Source: Thermoanaerobaculaceae bacterium
GTDB lineage: Bacteria > Acidobacteriota > Thermoanaerobaculia > Multivoradales > UBA5704
Direction of reading: 5' to 3'
Assembly: GCA_963785165.1 (NCBI GenBank)
Contig: CAWAUI010000004.1
Coordinates: 13,321-77,320 of the forward strand
DNA length: 64,000 bases
Shown here: piece after piece, positions 1 to 9,292 of the stretch
How the letters are laid out: the number at the start of each line of letters is the position of its first letter
Numbering within the stretch: the stretch's first letter is position 1
Translations under genes and position numbers: made by a program
Notes under the pieces: generated by a model
Told to the model about the DNA's origin: nothing
Database searches by the model: none
Seen by the model: only the letters and a program-made list of their open reading frames with translations

Positions 1-376
1 GACCTCGACCGTACCCTCGCCGGCACCGGCGGCGCCGTGCTCCTCTGCGTCCTCACCACCATCGTGGGCTTCGCGGCCCTCATGGCCACCACCCACCGCG
101 GCCTCGCCTCCTTCGGCGTCCTCCTCACGGTGGGCTCCGTGTGGTCGTTGATCTTCACCCTGCTGGTGCTGCCGGCCGTGCTTCGAGCCCTCACCCCCTG
201 GCCCCCTCTCCCGCCCCCTCCCTCCCCCCGCACACCGGGAGAGGGGGAAAGGTTGGCCAAGGGACAGTCACGGACGGGCACGGACGATCACGGACAGTTG
301 AAGGCGGAATTCTTTCCGGTTCCCCCTCTCCCGGGCAGGGGTGGGTGGAGGGGCGGGAGAGGGGGCCAGGGGGTGA
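1..376 (+). CDS. 3' end of MMPL/RND-family membrane transporter (partial); C-terminal tail runs into a palindromic element
   Basis: GGAVLLCVLTTIVGFAALMATTHRGLASFGVLLTVGSVWSLIFTLLVLPAVL matches the last TM pair of MMPL proteins. No in-frame stop before the next gene, so the end is uncertain. Confidence 0.75.
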
Positions 377-379
377 GGG
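188..379. repeat. REP-like palindromic element (CCCTCACCCC...GGGGTGAGGG family)
   Basis: Terminal inverted repeats ccctcaccccctggccccctctcccgcccc / ggggcgggagagggggccagggggtgaggg plus internal hairpins. A related copy lies at 14295-14389. Confidence 0.85.
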
Positions 380-1225
380 TCCGGCTCTGGCTCGAAACCA
401 TCAAGGTCTCCCATAGCGTCTTCGCCCTCCCCTTCGCCTTGATGGGCGCCTTCCTTGCCGCCGGGGGGCCTCCGGGCTGGCGGACGGCGGGGTGGACCGT
501 CCTCGCCGCCGTGGCCGTGCGCACCGCGGCCATGACCTTCAACCGCCTGGTGGACCGCCGGTTCGACGCCGCCAACCCGCGCACGGCGAGCCGCGCCCTG
601 GCGGCGGGCACCATCCGCCCCGCCGAGGCCTGGGCCGTGGTCGCCGTCTCCTCGGCCGTCTTCGTGGCGGCCTGCGCGGCGCTCAATCCGCTCACCCTGC
701 GCATCTCCCCGGTCGTGCTCGCCCTCACTCTGGGCTACTCGCTGGCCAAGCGCGTCACGCGCCCTGGCGCACCTCGTGCTGGGCGCGGCCCTGGCCCTGG
801 CTCCTTTGGGGGGATGGGTGGCGGTTTCGGGGAGTCTGGCCGGCTATCCCGCCGTCCTCTCCGTTTCCGTCCTCTTCTGGGTGGCGGGCTTCGACGTGGT
901 CTACGCCTGCCTCGACGACGGGTTCGACCGCCAGGCGGGGCTTCACTCCATCCCGGCCCGGCTGGGGCGCTCCGCCTCCCTGCGCCTCGCCCGCGTCTTC
1001 CACCTCCTGGCCTTCGCGGGGTTCGCCTGGACCGGCTGGCGCCTGGGATTGGGGGTGCCCTATGCCCTGGGCCTCGCGGCGGCGGGCGCCGCTCTCGCCT
1101 ACGAGCACTCCATCGTGAGCCCCGGCGACCTCTCGCGCATCCAGGTCTCGTTCCTCACCATGAACGGCGCCGTGAGCGCGGTGCTCTTCGCCGCCACCTG
1201 GATCTCTCTGGCTGTCCGCGGATGA
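373..1225 (+). CDS. UbiA-family prenyltransferase, MqnP-like (frameshift near 765)
   Basis: LETIKVSHSVFALPFA, AMTFNRLVDRRFDAANPRTASR, then in the shifted frame FWVAGFDVVYACLD and GLHSIPARLG. Probable GTG start at 373. Confidence 0.85.
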
Positions 1226-1872
1226 GCACCCTGAGCACCGCCGATCCCTACGTGGCCTTCACCCGGCGCTTCTTCGGCCGCTGGAGCCCCGTCTACGACC
1301 TCTTCGCCAAGCCCATCGGCTTCGCCTACGAGGCCGCCGTCCGCGCTGCCGGAGCCCGGCCGGGGCGTTCCATCCTCGATCTCTGCACGGGCACAGGGGA
1401 GATCGCCCTGCGCTGCGCCCGCCGGGGCGCCACGGTGACGGCGGGGGACATGACCCCCTCCATGCTCCTGCGAGCCGTGGGGAAAGACCGCAAGGCCGGC
1501 CGGCGCCTCCCCATCCGTTTCACCGGGCTGGACGGCCGCCACCTGCCGTTCCCCGCCGCCTTCGACGCCGTCCTCCTCTCCTTCGCCCTCCACGACATGC
1601 CCCGCCGTGTGCGGATCGAAGTCCTGAGAGAAGCCGCCCGCGTCGCCCGCGAGGCCCTCGTCGTCCTCGACTACGACGTTCCCCGCCGCAACCCCTGGCG
1701 CGCCCTCGTCCTCAAGGGGCTCGGACTCTTCGAAACCCCCTACCTCGCCGGCTTCGCGAAAGACGGGGGAGCCGCCGGCGCCATCGCCGAGGCCGGCCTC
1801 ACCGTGAGGGAGACGAGGCGGCCGATGCCGGGGTTGTTTGTGGTGTATGAGGTGGCGCCGGCCGCCTTCTAG
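1222..1872 (+). CDS. Class I SAM methyltransferase, UbiE/MenG-like
   Basis: ILDLCTGTGEIA SAM motif, FDAVLLSFALHDM. ATGA overlap with the prenyltransferase stop. Confidence 0.8.
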   Translation: MSTLSTADPYVAFTRRFFGRWSPVYDLFAKPIGFAYEAAVRAAGARPGRSILDLCTGTGEIALRCARRGATVTAGDMTPSMLLRAVGKDRKAGRRLPIRFTGLDGRHLPFPAAFDAVLLSFALHDMPRRVRIEVLREAARVAREALVVLDYDVPRRNPWRALVLKGLGLFETPYLAGFAKDGGAAGAIAEAGLTVRETRRPMPGLFVVYEVAPAAF

Positions 1873-2288
1873 GAGGGCCTCTCCAGAGGCCACCGGCCCA
1901 CGGTCAGCAGCCCGCTGTCTAGAATAATGTCCATGTCCCGGTCGCGAGCCAGAATCGAGCACGCGTGCTCCTCCGCCAGGACCGCGATCATGCAGTCGAT
2001 CGTGGAGCGGATCGTCTTGCCCCGTTGACGGAGAGACCGGTACAGACCGGCTGCCCGGAAGTAGAAGTCGATGCCCACGGGCTCCAGAAGAGTCAGGTCC
2101 CGGAACAGATCGGAGAGGCGATCCACGCGCTTGCTCTTGCGGAATCCCTGGAAGACCTCGGCGACTACGCCGCCGCAGGTGCAGATTTGATGGTCGCCAG
2201 AGAAGAGCTTTGCTACGGCCTGCCTTTCCAGAGAAGGGAAGCCGTTGAAGTAATCCACCCAGGCCGAGGTATCGACCAGGACCCTCAA
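1869..2288 (-). CDS. vapC: PIN-domain ribonuclease toxin
   Basis: VLVDTSAWVDYF...VVAEVFQG...STIDCMIA...ARDRD acidic PIN residues. Confidence 0.92.
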   Translation of the reverse strand: MRVLVDTSAWVDYFNGFPSLERQAVAKLFSGDHQICTCGGVVAEVFQGFRKSKRVDRLSDLFRDLTLLEPVGIDFYFRAAGLYRSLRQRGKTIRSTIDCMIAVLAEEHACSILARDRDMDIILDSGLLTVGRWPLERPS

Positions 2289-2488
2289 GCCTTCGTTCTC
2301 CGCCCTCTCAAGTCATCCAGGTCTCCCTCCCAGGGCATCTTCCCCTCGAACTCGAGAAACCCCTGCAAGCGCCGGCGCCGGGCGTACTCTTCGAGAGCCT
2401 CGTTGAGGATCTCGGTCTTCGTCTTCCCGGGGGAGACCTTCATGGCGCCCGCGAGCGCTTCGTCCTTTACGTTGAAAGTGACCCTCAT
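2285..2488 (-). CDS. vapB: VapB-family antitoxin
   Basis: 67 aa RHH-type protein ending WEGDLDDLRG. Overlaps the PIN toxin start by 4 nt. Confidence 0.9.
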   Translation of the reverse strand: MRVTFNVKDEALAGAMKVSPGKTKTEILNEALEEYARRRRLQGFLEFEGKMPWEGDLDDLRGRRTKA

Positions 2489-2499
2489 CGTTACCTCCT

Positions 2500-2534
2500 A
2501 TGCAGATCATAGGACGAAATCGTCTGCATCACAA
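2500..2534 (-). promoter_or_regulatory. vapBC promoter with overlapping inverted-repeat operator
   Basis: Minus strand TTGTGA-17 bp-TATGAT. Inverted repeat ATGCAGA (2500-2506) / TCTGCAT (2523-2529). Confidence 0.6.
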
Positions 2535-2656
2535 AGCTGCCCACCGCCTGCGGCGCGTGTCATTCCGCGTGGGGTCACCGGGGCCTGAACCGCCGCAAAC
2601 GCTCCGAGGGGAGCCCACCCAGCTCCGGCTACCGTCCGTGGACGGCTCGTCCACCT

Positions 2657-4655
2657 CTACGGCTCGTCCACCGTCACGTACAGGCCGCCCGTGGTCACCG
2701 CGTAGAGCTTCCGGGGATCGAAGGGATCGAAGGCCAGCCCGTGAATCCGGCTCGCGGGGAAGCTCTCCGTCCGCTCTTCCCAGGTGGCGCCGCCGTTGCC
2801 GCTGCGGAACAGCCGGCCGTCCTCCGTGGCCGCCCAGACCACTCCCGCGGCCGGCGAGGCCGCGACAGCCTCTATGGACAAGCCTCTCAGCTCCTCGCCC
2901 GCCCGGGCCCAGCCCGCTCCGCCGTCGCCGGTCACCCACACCCCGTCCCCGGGTGTCTCCAGGTCGTCGCGCGTGGCCGCATAGACCCGCCGGGGGTCCA
3001 CCGGGTCTACGGCCAGCGCCCGGACCGGCGGGGCGTCCAGCCCGGCATCGGCCCGCGTCCAGGTGGCGCCACCGTCATCGCTGCGGCTCACACCGGCCCG
3101 CTTCACGGGATCGGCGCCCGCCGCGCGGACTCCGGCCAGGTACACCGTCGAGGGCCTCGAAGGCGCGAATTCCAGATCTTCGAGGCCGACCTCGTCCGTG
3201 ACGTCCTGATACGCCCAGGTCGCGCCGGCGTCCGGGCTCCGGTAGAGGGAGCTTCCCGGAGCTGGCCCAGAGACCGTCGGGGTCTGCCGGGTCCGCCCAC
3301 AGGCGCTGCTTCGGATTGAGGCCTCCGGCGGACCCGGTCTGCGTCCAGGAGGGGCCGTCATCGGGGTTCCACCAGACACCGATCGCCCCGGAGCTGTAGG
3401 GATAGAAGAGGACATAGGCGGAAAGAGGCGCGAGCGGCGGCACGGCCACGTCGATCACCTGCCCGTTGAGGAGCTGCTGGCGCCGCCAGCGGGTGCCGCC
3501 CGTGGGGCTGCGGAACAGTTTCTGCCCGGTATTGAGCCAGAGCACACCGCGCACGCCGGGGTCCGGGGCGAGCGTCAGGGCATCGAGGGCCGCGATGCCG
3601 CGGTTGCGCCACGCCCAGGTCAGGCCGCCGTCCTCGCTCGCCATCACACCGGAGGTCTCGCCCCCGCCGGCTGCCGCGTAGACGTAGCGCAGGGCGCTCG
3701 GCGCCACCGCGAGGCACGAGAAGGACGTGTCGTCCGGACCTACCGTCTGCCAGTGATTTCCTCCATCCGTGCTGCGTTCGAAGGTCCGTCTCCCATGCAA
3801 GGGGTCGTAATTCATTGCGAACACCAGCAGGGGCGAACGGGGAGAGACCCCGAGGACGTAGACGCGTGATTGTGGCGGGAACTTGGTCCTATAGGGCCGC
3901 GTCGTTGCCTGCCAGGACTCGCCGCCGTCCGTGCTGCGGTACAGGGCTACACCTGGCGACCAGTGCGACCCGTAGCTCACGCTCGCGTAGAGCGTCCGTG
4001 AGTCCGTGGGCGCGACAGCCAGGGCTACGACACCTTCCGGCGACAGATTGCCGTTGGCGGAGTGCCAAGTGCGGCCGCCGTTCCAGCTCTTCCAGATTCC
4101 CCCGGTGGCGCTGATGTAGACCGTACCGGCGGGCCGGCGCGCCGCGACGACCAGTCCCACACCGACCGGCCGCGGCAGGCCCTTGGTGGGAGAGGGCTGC
4201 CAGGAGGAGCCCGCGTCGAGGCTGCGCCACAGCCTGGCATCGCTCACGGCGTAGAGACGCGAAGGCACGGCCGGGTCCACGGTGAGAGCCGTCACGAGGG
4301 AGTCCGGCAGGCCCTGCCCGGCCAGCGTCCAGTGGAGGCCGCCGTCCGTGCTTTTTTTGACCTTGCCGGTGCGCACCGAAACGTAGAGGACGCCCCCGGG
4401 CTCCACGGCCGGTCTGGCGGCCACGTAGGCGTTGAGCACCTTGGTCCAGGTGGCCCCGGCGTCCGTGCTCTTGAACAGCCCCTCCTCACCGGCCGTGGCG
4501 TAGACCGTGCGCGCGTCCTGCGGGTCCACGGCGACCCAGCCCACCGGGCCGCCGAACGGCCCCAGGGCCGTCCAGTTCGAGGCCGATGCGCTACGCGGGG
4601 CGGCCAGGAGTAACGCAAGGGTGGTCAGGATGATGAACAGGCGAGGGTGTCTCAT
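2657..4655 (-). CDS. Secreted BNR/Asp-box repeat beta-propeller protein, paralog A (frameshift near 3255)
   Basis: Signal peptide, WTALGPFGG start of the mature domain, many S-x-D-G-G-x-x-W repeats. Confidence 0.85.
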
Positions 4656-4724
4656 GGCGGGAGTCCTCCTGTCTGCCATATTGGCTGGCAGGAGGTCTCG
4701 CGGAAACGCTTCAGAGGGTGGGCG
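4653..4724 (-). promoter_or_regulatory. Conserved leader with SD-sequestering hairpin (copy 1)
   Basis: Near-identical to 8174-8244. CCTCCTG...GCCA-ATA-TGGC...CAGGAGG lies upstream of the ATG. Confidence 0.6.
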
Positions 4725-4796
4725 AAGAAGCGCGGAAGGGTGGTGGGCAGCGAGCTATCGTCGTCCCCGCCTCCCCCCTCCCGCTCCGGGCCTCCG

Positions 4797-5069
4797 GGCC
4801 ATATAACCTTGAAGCTCGGCTATATAACCGCGTGACCGGGGAAGACCGGTACGGGTCTCGGCTATATAGATTACTGAGCGGGCTATCTGGCCGTGCTTCC
4901 CGGACACGCTGCCGCGCCTCTTCCCCTTGGGTCCACGGCAGCGGGCTATATAGCCGAGAGAGAAGGCTATATGGACGCCACCGCGGGGATCCTTCCCGCG
5001 TGGCTTCCCAAGGGGGGTGGGCAACGCGGCTATATGGCCGACTGGCAAAATTATATGGCCGAGTCCCTC
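4797..5069. repeat. 21-bp-phased array of GGCTATATAGCC-like palindromes
   Basis: Motif starts at 4797, 4818, 4860, 4881, 4944, 4965, 5028 and 5049, all multiples of 21 apart. Confidence 0.9.
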
Positions 5070-5275
5070 GGGAACGGGGGGCGCTGTCCCAGGATCGCTG
5101 CCGCGAAGCGCGGGATGCGCAAGGCGGGTGCCGGAGCCGTTCCCGCGGAACGCGCGAGCGCTGCCCAACAAGGCGTGCCGAAGTCCGGGTCCTCCGCGAT
5201 CGAGGGGGAGTGAGCCCCGATCTCTCCCCGGACCCGCGTGGCGTCCGGGGAGTGTTGCGGGAAGGCTTCCTGGAC

Positions 5276-6140
5276 TTACTCCTCCGTCATCCACACCCCG
5301 CCGAAGCCGGCGGCGTAGACGCGTTCCGGGTCCGCCGGGTCGAAGGCGAAGTCTCCAACATAGATCAGCCCCTGGGAGCCGTTCCGGTTCTCCCAGGTCG
5401 CTCCGGCGTCGCCGCTGCGGAGGATGCTTCCCGTGGAAGTGGCCGTCCAGAGCACGCCCGGCTCGGGGGACGAGGCGAGCGCCGTGAGGATTACGCCCGC
5501 CAGCGAGAGCCTCTGCCAGGTGGCCCCGGAGTCCGAAGCCTTGGGGATAGACGTTGACGTAGGCCGTCCCGGCCGGCTGCCGGGGGACGGAGAACGTCAC
5601 CGCGTAGACGTTTCCATGGACGGGCAACCCCCGGTTCGCGCGCTGCCAGGAGGCGCCGCCGTTCTCACTCTTCCAGATTCCCAATGGGCTGCCGAGATAG
5701 AGACGTGACGGCTTGGAGGGATCGGTCGCCAGGCTCAAGACATCGAGATCTTCCGGCAGTCCGTTGCTGATGCGCCGCCAGGAAGCGCCACTGTTGGTGC
5801 TCTTGAAAACCTGGCCGGCGTAGCGCTGCCCGGCGTACAGGGTCGAGGGTTTCGCCGGATCGATCGTCACGAAGGCCGGAGTGAACGGAGACCCTGGGAG
5901 CAATTTCCAGGACCCGCCCCCGTCCGTGCTTCGGACCACGCCAGGAAGAGGGCCTGCCGCGTAGAGAATCTGGGGATTGGTGGGATGGATCGTGATACCG
6001 GTAACCGTGCCGCCCCATGGACCGAGAGGCCTCCAGCGGAGCCCTTCCTGGGCGGGCAGGAGCCCGGGCGCGAGCAGCAGCAGGGCCGCCAAAGCAGCGA
6101 GAGAGGTCAAACAAAGACGGCTACGAGACGCGAGGACCAT
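5276..6140 (-). pseudogene. BNR-repeat protein paralog B, short and frameshifted (probable internal deletion)
   Basis: N-terminus (WRPLGPWGG) and C-terminus (DPADPERVYAAGFGGVWMTEE*) match the paralogs. Only ~290 codons versus ~650, with a frame change near 5535. Confidence 0.7.
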
Positions 6141-6226
6141 TGGGTTCCCTCCAGGATGAGCAATTCTGCCATCTCTTACGGAAGGAACCCCGAAGGCATC
6201 AAGAATCTCCCGTCACGGCTCGCCGG

Positions 6227-8176
6227 TCACCTGTCGTCCAGCACCCAGACCCCGCTCGACGTGCCCGCGTAGACCCGGCGGGGGTTCTGGGGATCGAGGA
6301 TCAGGTCGTAGACGACGCGGGCCTGCGGGCCGGGGCGCTCCTGCCACGTCTCGCCGCCGTCCCGGCTGCGGAAGATCCGGCCGTTCTCCATCGCCAGCCA
6401 GACGGTGCCCGCGATAGGAGAGGCGGCGAGGGCCGTCACTTCCCGGGACTCCAGGCCCTGCCCGATCAGGTTCCAGCTCGCGCCACCGTCCGCCGTCTTC
6501 CAGATCCCGCCACGCGGGCTGCAGCCGGAGCCGCAGACCCCGACGTAGACGAGCCGCGAATCCACCGGGTCGATGGCGAGGGCAGTGGGTTCATTGCCGC
6601 CGAGGCCCTGTTGGATCGAAGCCCAGGTCGCGCCGCCGTCCAGGCTCCGCCAGGCGGTGGCACGGGTGAACTTTCCGGAAAGAATCGTGACGCCCACCGC
6701 GTACATCGTCGACGGGGAGGAAGGGGCGAACGCCAGGTGCCTCACCCAGCCCGGGCTGGGCAGCGGCTGGCGCAGCCAGGTGGCGCCGCCGTCCACGCTC
6801 TTGACGAGATTGTTGCCGTTGCTCCACAGCGTGGTAGGACTCAGCGGATCGACCCACAGGCCGCCGGTGGGCCAGGGCGGCGCTCCTGAGCCCTCGACCG
6901 CGGTCCAGGTGGCGCCATCGTCGTCCGTCCGCCAGGTCCGTTGAGTGTCCAGAACGTAGAGGGTCGAGGGCGCCGAGGGAGCCATCGCCAAGCCGGTTCC
7001 CGGCATCGGCACGGGCACGAACGTCCAGCCCCGGCCACCGTCGGCGCTGCGGAAGAGCCCCTGGCCCGTTCGAGACGTCCAGATCACGCCCGGGTGGAAG
7101 GGGTCCACCAGCACCCGCGGAGCCTCCAGCCCGGCGAGGCTGCGATTGCGGCGCTCCCAGGTGGTGCCGCCGTCCTGGCTGGCGAAGATCCCGCCTGGGT
7201 CCGTGCCATTGGGCCTCAGGGCGGCGAAGACGGTGCCGGGAGAGGACGCCGGCACGGCCACCGCCGTTATGCCGGAGATCTCTTGAGCGGCTTCCCGCGG
7301 TCCCGCGGCCTTCCAGTGGAAGCCGCCGTCATGGCTGACGAGCAGGCCCCGGCTTTCCGTGCCCGCCCAGACCGTCCGGGAGGAGCGGGGCGACACGGCC
7401 AGGGTGACCACGGGGCTGGCCGTCGAACGGACCGCCTCCCAGGACGTCCCGGAGTCGCGGCTGCGGTAGAGGCCGCTCCCCCGGATGGCCCGGGCGCTCG
7501 CATAGAGCACCCACGGCTCCGTGGGCGAGGCCGCCACGGTGAGCACGCCCTCGGGCAGCCCGCCGCCGAGGGCGTTCCAGGTCATCCCGGCGTCGGTGCT
7601 CCGGAACAGCCGGCCGCCGGTCAGGGCGAAGACGGTGCCGCGCGGCCTGGAGACCGCCAGCAACTGGACCCGGGGATCAAACGAATTCGGCAGCTCCTGG
7701 CTGGAGCCTTGCCAGGAAGAGCCGCCGTTGGTGCTGCGGAAGACCCGGAGCCCCACCGCCGCGTAGATCCGCGAAGGGCGGGCCGGGTCCACGGCCACGG
7801 CGGACACGCCGGCTTCTTCGAGCCCCCGGCTGGCCGGGGTCCAGTGGGAGCCGAAGTCCGTGCTCTTCACGAGCCGGCTGGCGGGAGTCGAAAGGTACAG
7901 CGTGCCCGGGCGGACCGGATCGACCGCCACGTTGCTGTCGATGAACGCGCTGTGGATCGGAGTCCACGAGGCGCCGCCGTCCGTGCTCCGGAACGCGCCT
8001 TCATAGGGGATCGTGGCGTAGAGGACCCGGGCGTCCGAAGGCGCCACCGTCAGGGTCTCGATCGTGCCGCCGAACGGTCCCAGCGGCGTCCACGAGGGAG
8101 CGGCCAGAACCGGCGCGGCGGCAAAGAGGTTCAGGAAGAAGAGGAGGGACAAGGATCGGGGAAGCGAACATCGCAT
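6227..8176 (-). CDS. Secreted BNR/Asp-box repeat beta-propeller protein, paralog C
   Basis: Intact 649 aa ORF, signal peptide, WTPLGPFGG, repeated RSTDGGASW-type motifs. Confidence 0.9.
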   Translation of the reverse strand: MRCSLPRSLSLLFFLNLFAAAPVLAAPSWTPLGPFGGTIETLTVAPSDARVLYATIPYEGAFRSTDGGASWTPIHSAFIDSNVAVDPVRPGTLYLSTPASRLVKSTDFGSHWTPASRGLEEAGVSAVAVDPARPSRIYAAVGLRVFRSTNGGSSWQGSSQELPNSFDPRVQLLAVSRPRGTVFALTGGRLFRSTDAGMTWNALGGGLPEGVLTVAASPTEPWVLYASARAIRGSGLYRSRDSGTSWEAVRSTASPVVTLAVSPRSSRTVWAGTESRGLLVSHDGGFHWKAAGPREAAQEISGITAVAVPASSPGTVFAALRPNGTDPGGIFASQDGGTTWERRNRSLAGLEAPRVLVDPFHPGVIWTSRTGQGLFRSADGGRGWTFVPVPMPGTGLAMAPSAPSTLYVLDTQRTWRTDDDGATWTAVEGSGAPPWPTGGLWVDPLSPTTLWSNGNNLVKSVDGGATWLRQPLPSPGWVRHLAFAPSSPSTMYAVGVTILSGKFTRATAWRSLDGGATWASIQQGLGGNEPTALAIDPVDSRLVYVGVCGSGCSPRGGIWKTADGGASWNLIGQGLESREVTALAASPIAGTVWLAMENGRIFRSRDGGETWQERPGPQARVVYDLILDPQNPRRVYAGTSSGVWVLDDR

Positions 8177-8244
8177 GGCGAGAACCTCCTGCCTGCCATA
8201 TTGGCGGGCAGGAGATTTTGTGGAAACGCTTGAATGGGTGGGCG
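8174..8244 (-). promoter_or_regulatory. Conserved leader with SD-sequestering hairpin (copy 2)
   Basis: Near-identical to 4653-4724. Confidence 0.6.
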
Positions 8245-8277
8245 GGCGGGCGCGGGCGGGTGGGAATCCCCGGCCCG

Positions 8278-8760
8278 CTAGAACGGAATGTCGTCGTCTT
8301 CCGGCTCGCCGCCGTACCCGCCGTCGTCATAGGACGAGCCGGACGACGGCTGCTGCCCGCCACCACCGCCACTGCCGCCGTAGCTCGAGCCGGCGCCGGC
8401 ACCATGGCCGCCGCCTTCGAACTCGCCGCCGCGGGCGCTGCCGAGCATCTGGAAGTTGTCGCAGACGACTTCCGTGCGGTACCGCTTCTCGCCGGAATTC
8501 TTGTCGTCCCAGGAGCGGGTCTGAAGGCGCCCTTCCAGGTAGATCTGCTTGCCCTTGGTCAGATACTGGCCCGCGATCTCCGCCTGCTTGCCCCAGACCA
8601 CGATCTGGTGCCACTCCGTCTGCTCCTGCTTCTGGCCGCCCTTGTCGCGCCACCGCCGGCTGGTGGCCAGGGTGAAGTTCGCCACCGGTTGCCCCGAGGG
8701 GGTCGACCGCACCTCCGGGTCCCGGCCGAGGTTGCCGATCAAGATCACTTTGTTGACCAT
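8278..8760 (-). CDS. ssb: Single-stranded DNA-binding protein
   Basis: [18 protein letters not shown], Gly-rich linker, DDDIPF tail. Confidence 0.98.
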   Translation of the reverse strand: MVNKVILIGNLGRDPEVRSTPSGQPVANFTLATSRRWRDKGGQKQEQTEWHQIVVWGKQAEIAGQYLTKGKQIYLEGRLQTRSWDDKNSGEKRYRTEVVCDNFQMLGSARGGEFEGGGHGAGAGSSYGGSGGGGGQQPSSGSSYDDGGYGGEPEDDDIPF

Positions 8761-8852
8761 GCGTCCTATCTCCTCTGCTCTTGAATCGGTTACGGTATCA
8801 CAAACGTCCCGCCGGTCCGGGGGCGGGTTCGAGTACCCTGGGGGGAGAATAA

Positions 8853-9290
8853 GTGCGCCTCATCCTGCAACGAGTCTCCGAAGCTTCCGTCACCGTGGAC
8901 GGCGAAACCGTGGGGCGCATCGGCCAGGGCCTCCTCGTCTTCGCCGGCATCGAACGGGGGGACGGCCCCGGCCAAGTCAAGGCCGCCGCCGGCAAGCTCG
9001 CCGGCCTGCGCGTCTTCGAGGACGCGGCCGGCAAGATGAACCTGGACCTCCAGGCCGTGGGCGGCGCCTTCCTCATTGTCTCCCAGTTCACCCTCGCCGG
9101 CTCCATCGCCAAGGGGCGCCGCCCTTCCTTCGACCGCGCCGCCCCGCCGGAAGAGGCCCAGCCCCTCATCGAGGCCCTGGTGGAAGACCTCCGAGGGCGC
9201 GGCTTCACCGTGGAGACCGGCCGTTTCCGCGCCGCCATGAAGGTGGCCCTGGTCAACGACGGCCCGGTGACCTTGATCGCGGATTTTTAG
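8853..9290 (+). CDS. dtd: D-aminoacyl-tRNA deacylase
   Basis: [27 protein letters not shown] motifs. Confidence 0.97.
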   Translation: MRLILQRVSEASVTVDGETVGRIGQGLLVFAGIERGDGPGQVKAAAGKLAGLRVFEDAAGKMNLDLQAVGGAFLIVSQFTLAGSIAKGRRPSFDRAAPPEEAQPLIEALVEDLRGRGFTVETGRFRAAMKVALVNDGPVTLIADF

Positions 9291-9292
9291 GT

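Noticed and set aside
37-1872. 611-aa ORF as a single MMPL-UbiA-methyltransferase protein
   Set aside because: The middle part is out-of-frame UbiA sequence. The methyltransferase has its own ATG overlapping the UbiA stop.
4797-5069. CRISPR or TIGR array
   Set aside because: The conserved unit is only 12 bp with a 21-bp period, with no box C/D-like motifs and no cas or tas gene adjacent.
8821-8840. tRNA fragment (GGTTCGAGTACC)
   Set aside because: No cloverleaf or acceptor stem around it.
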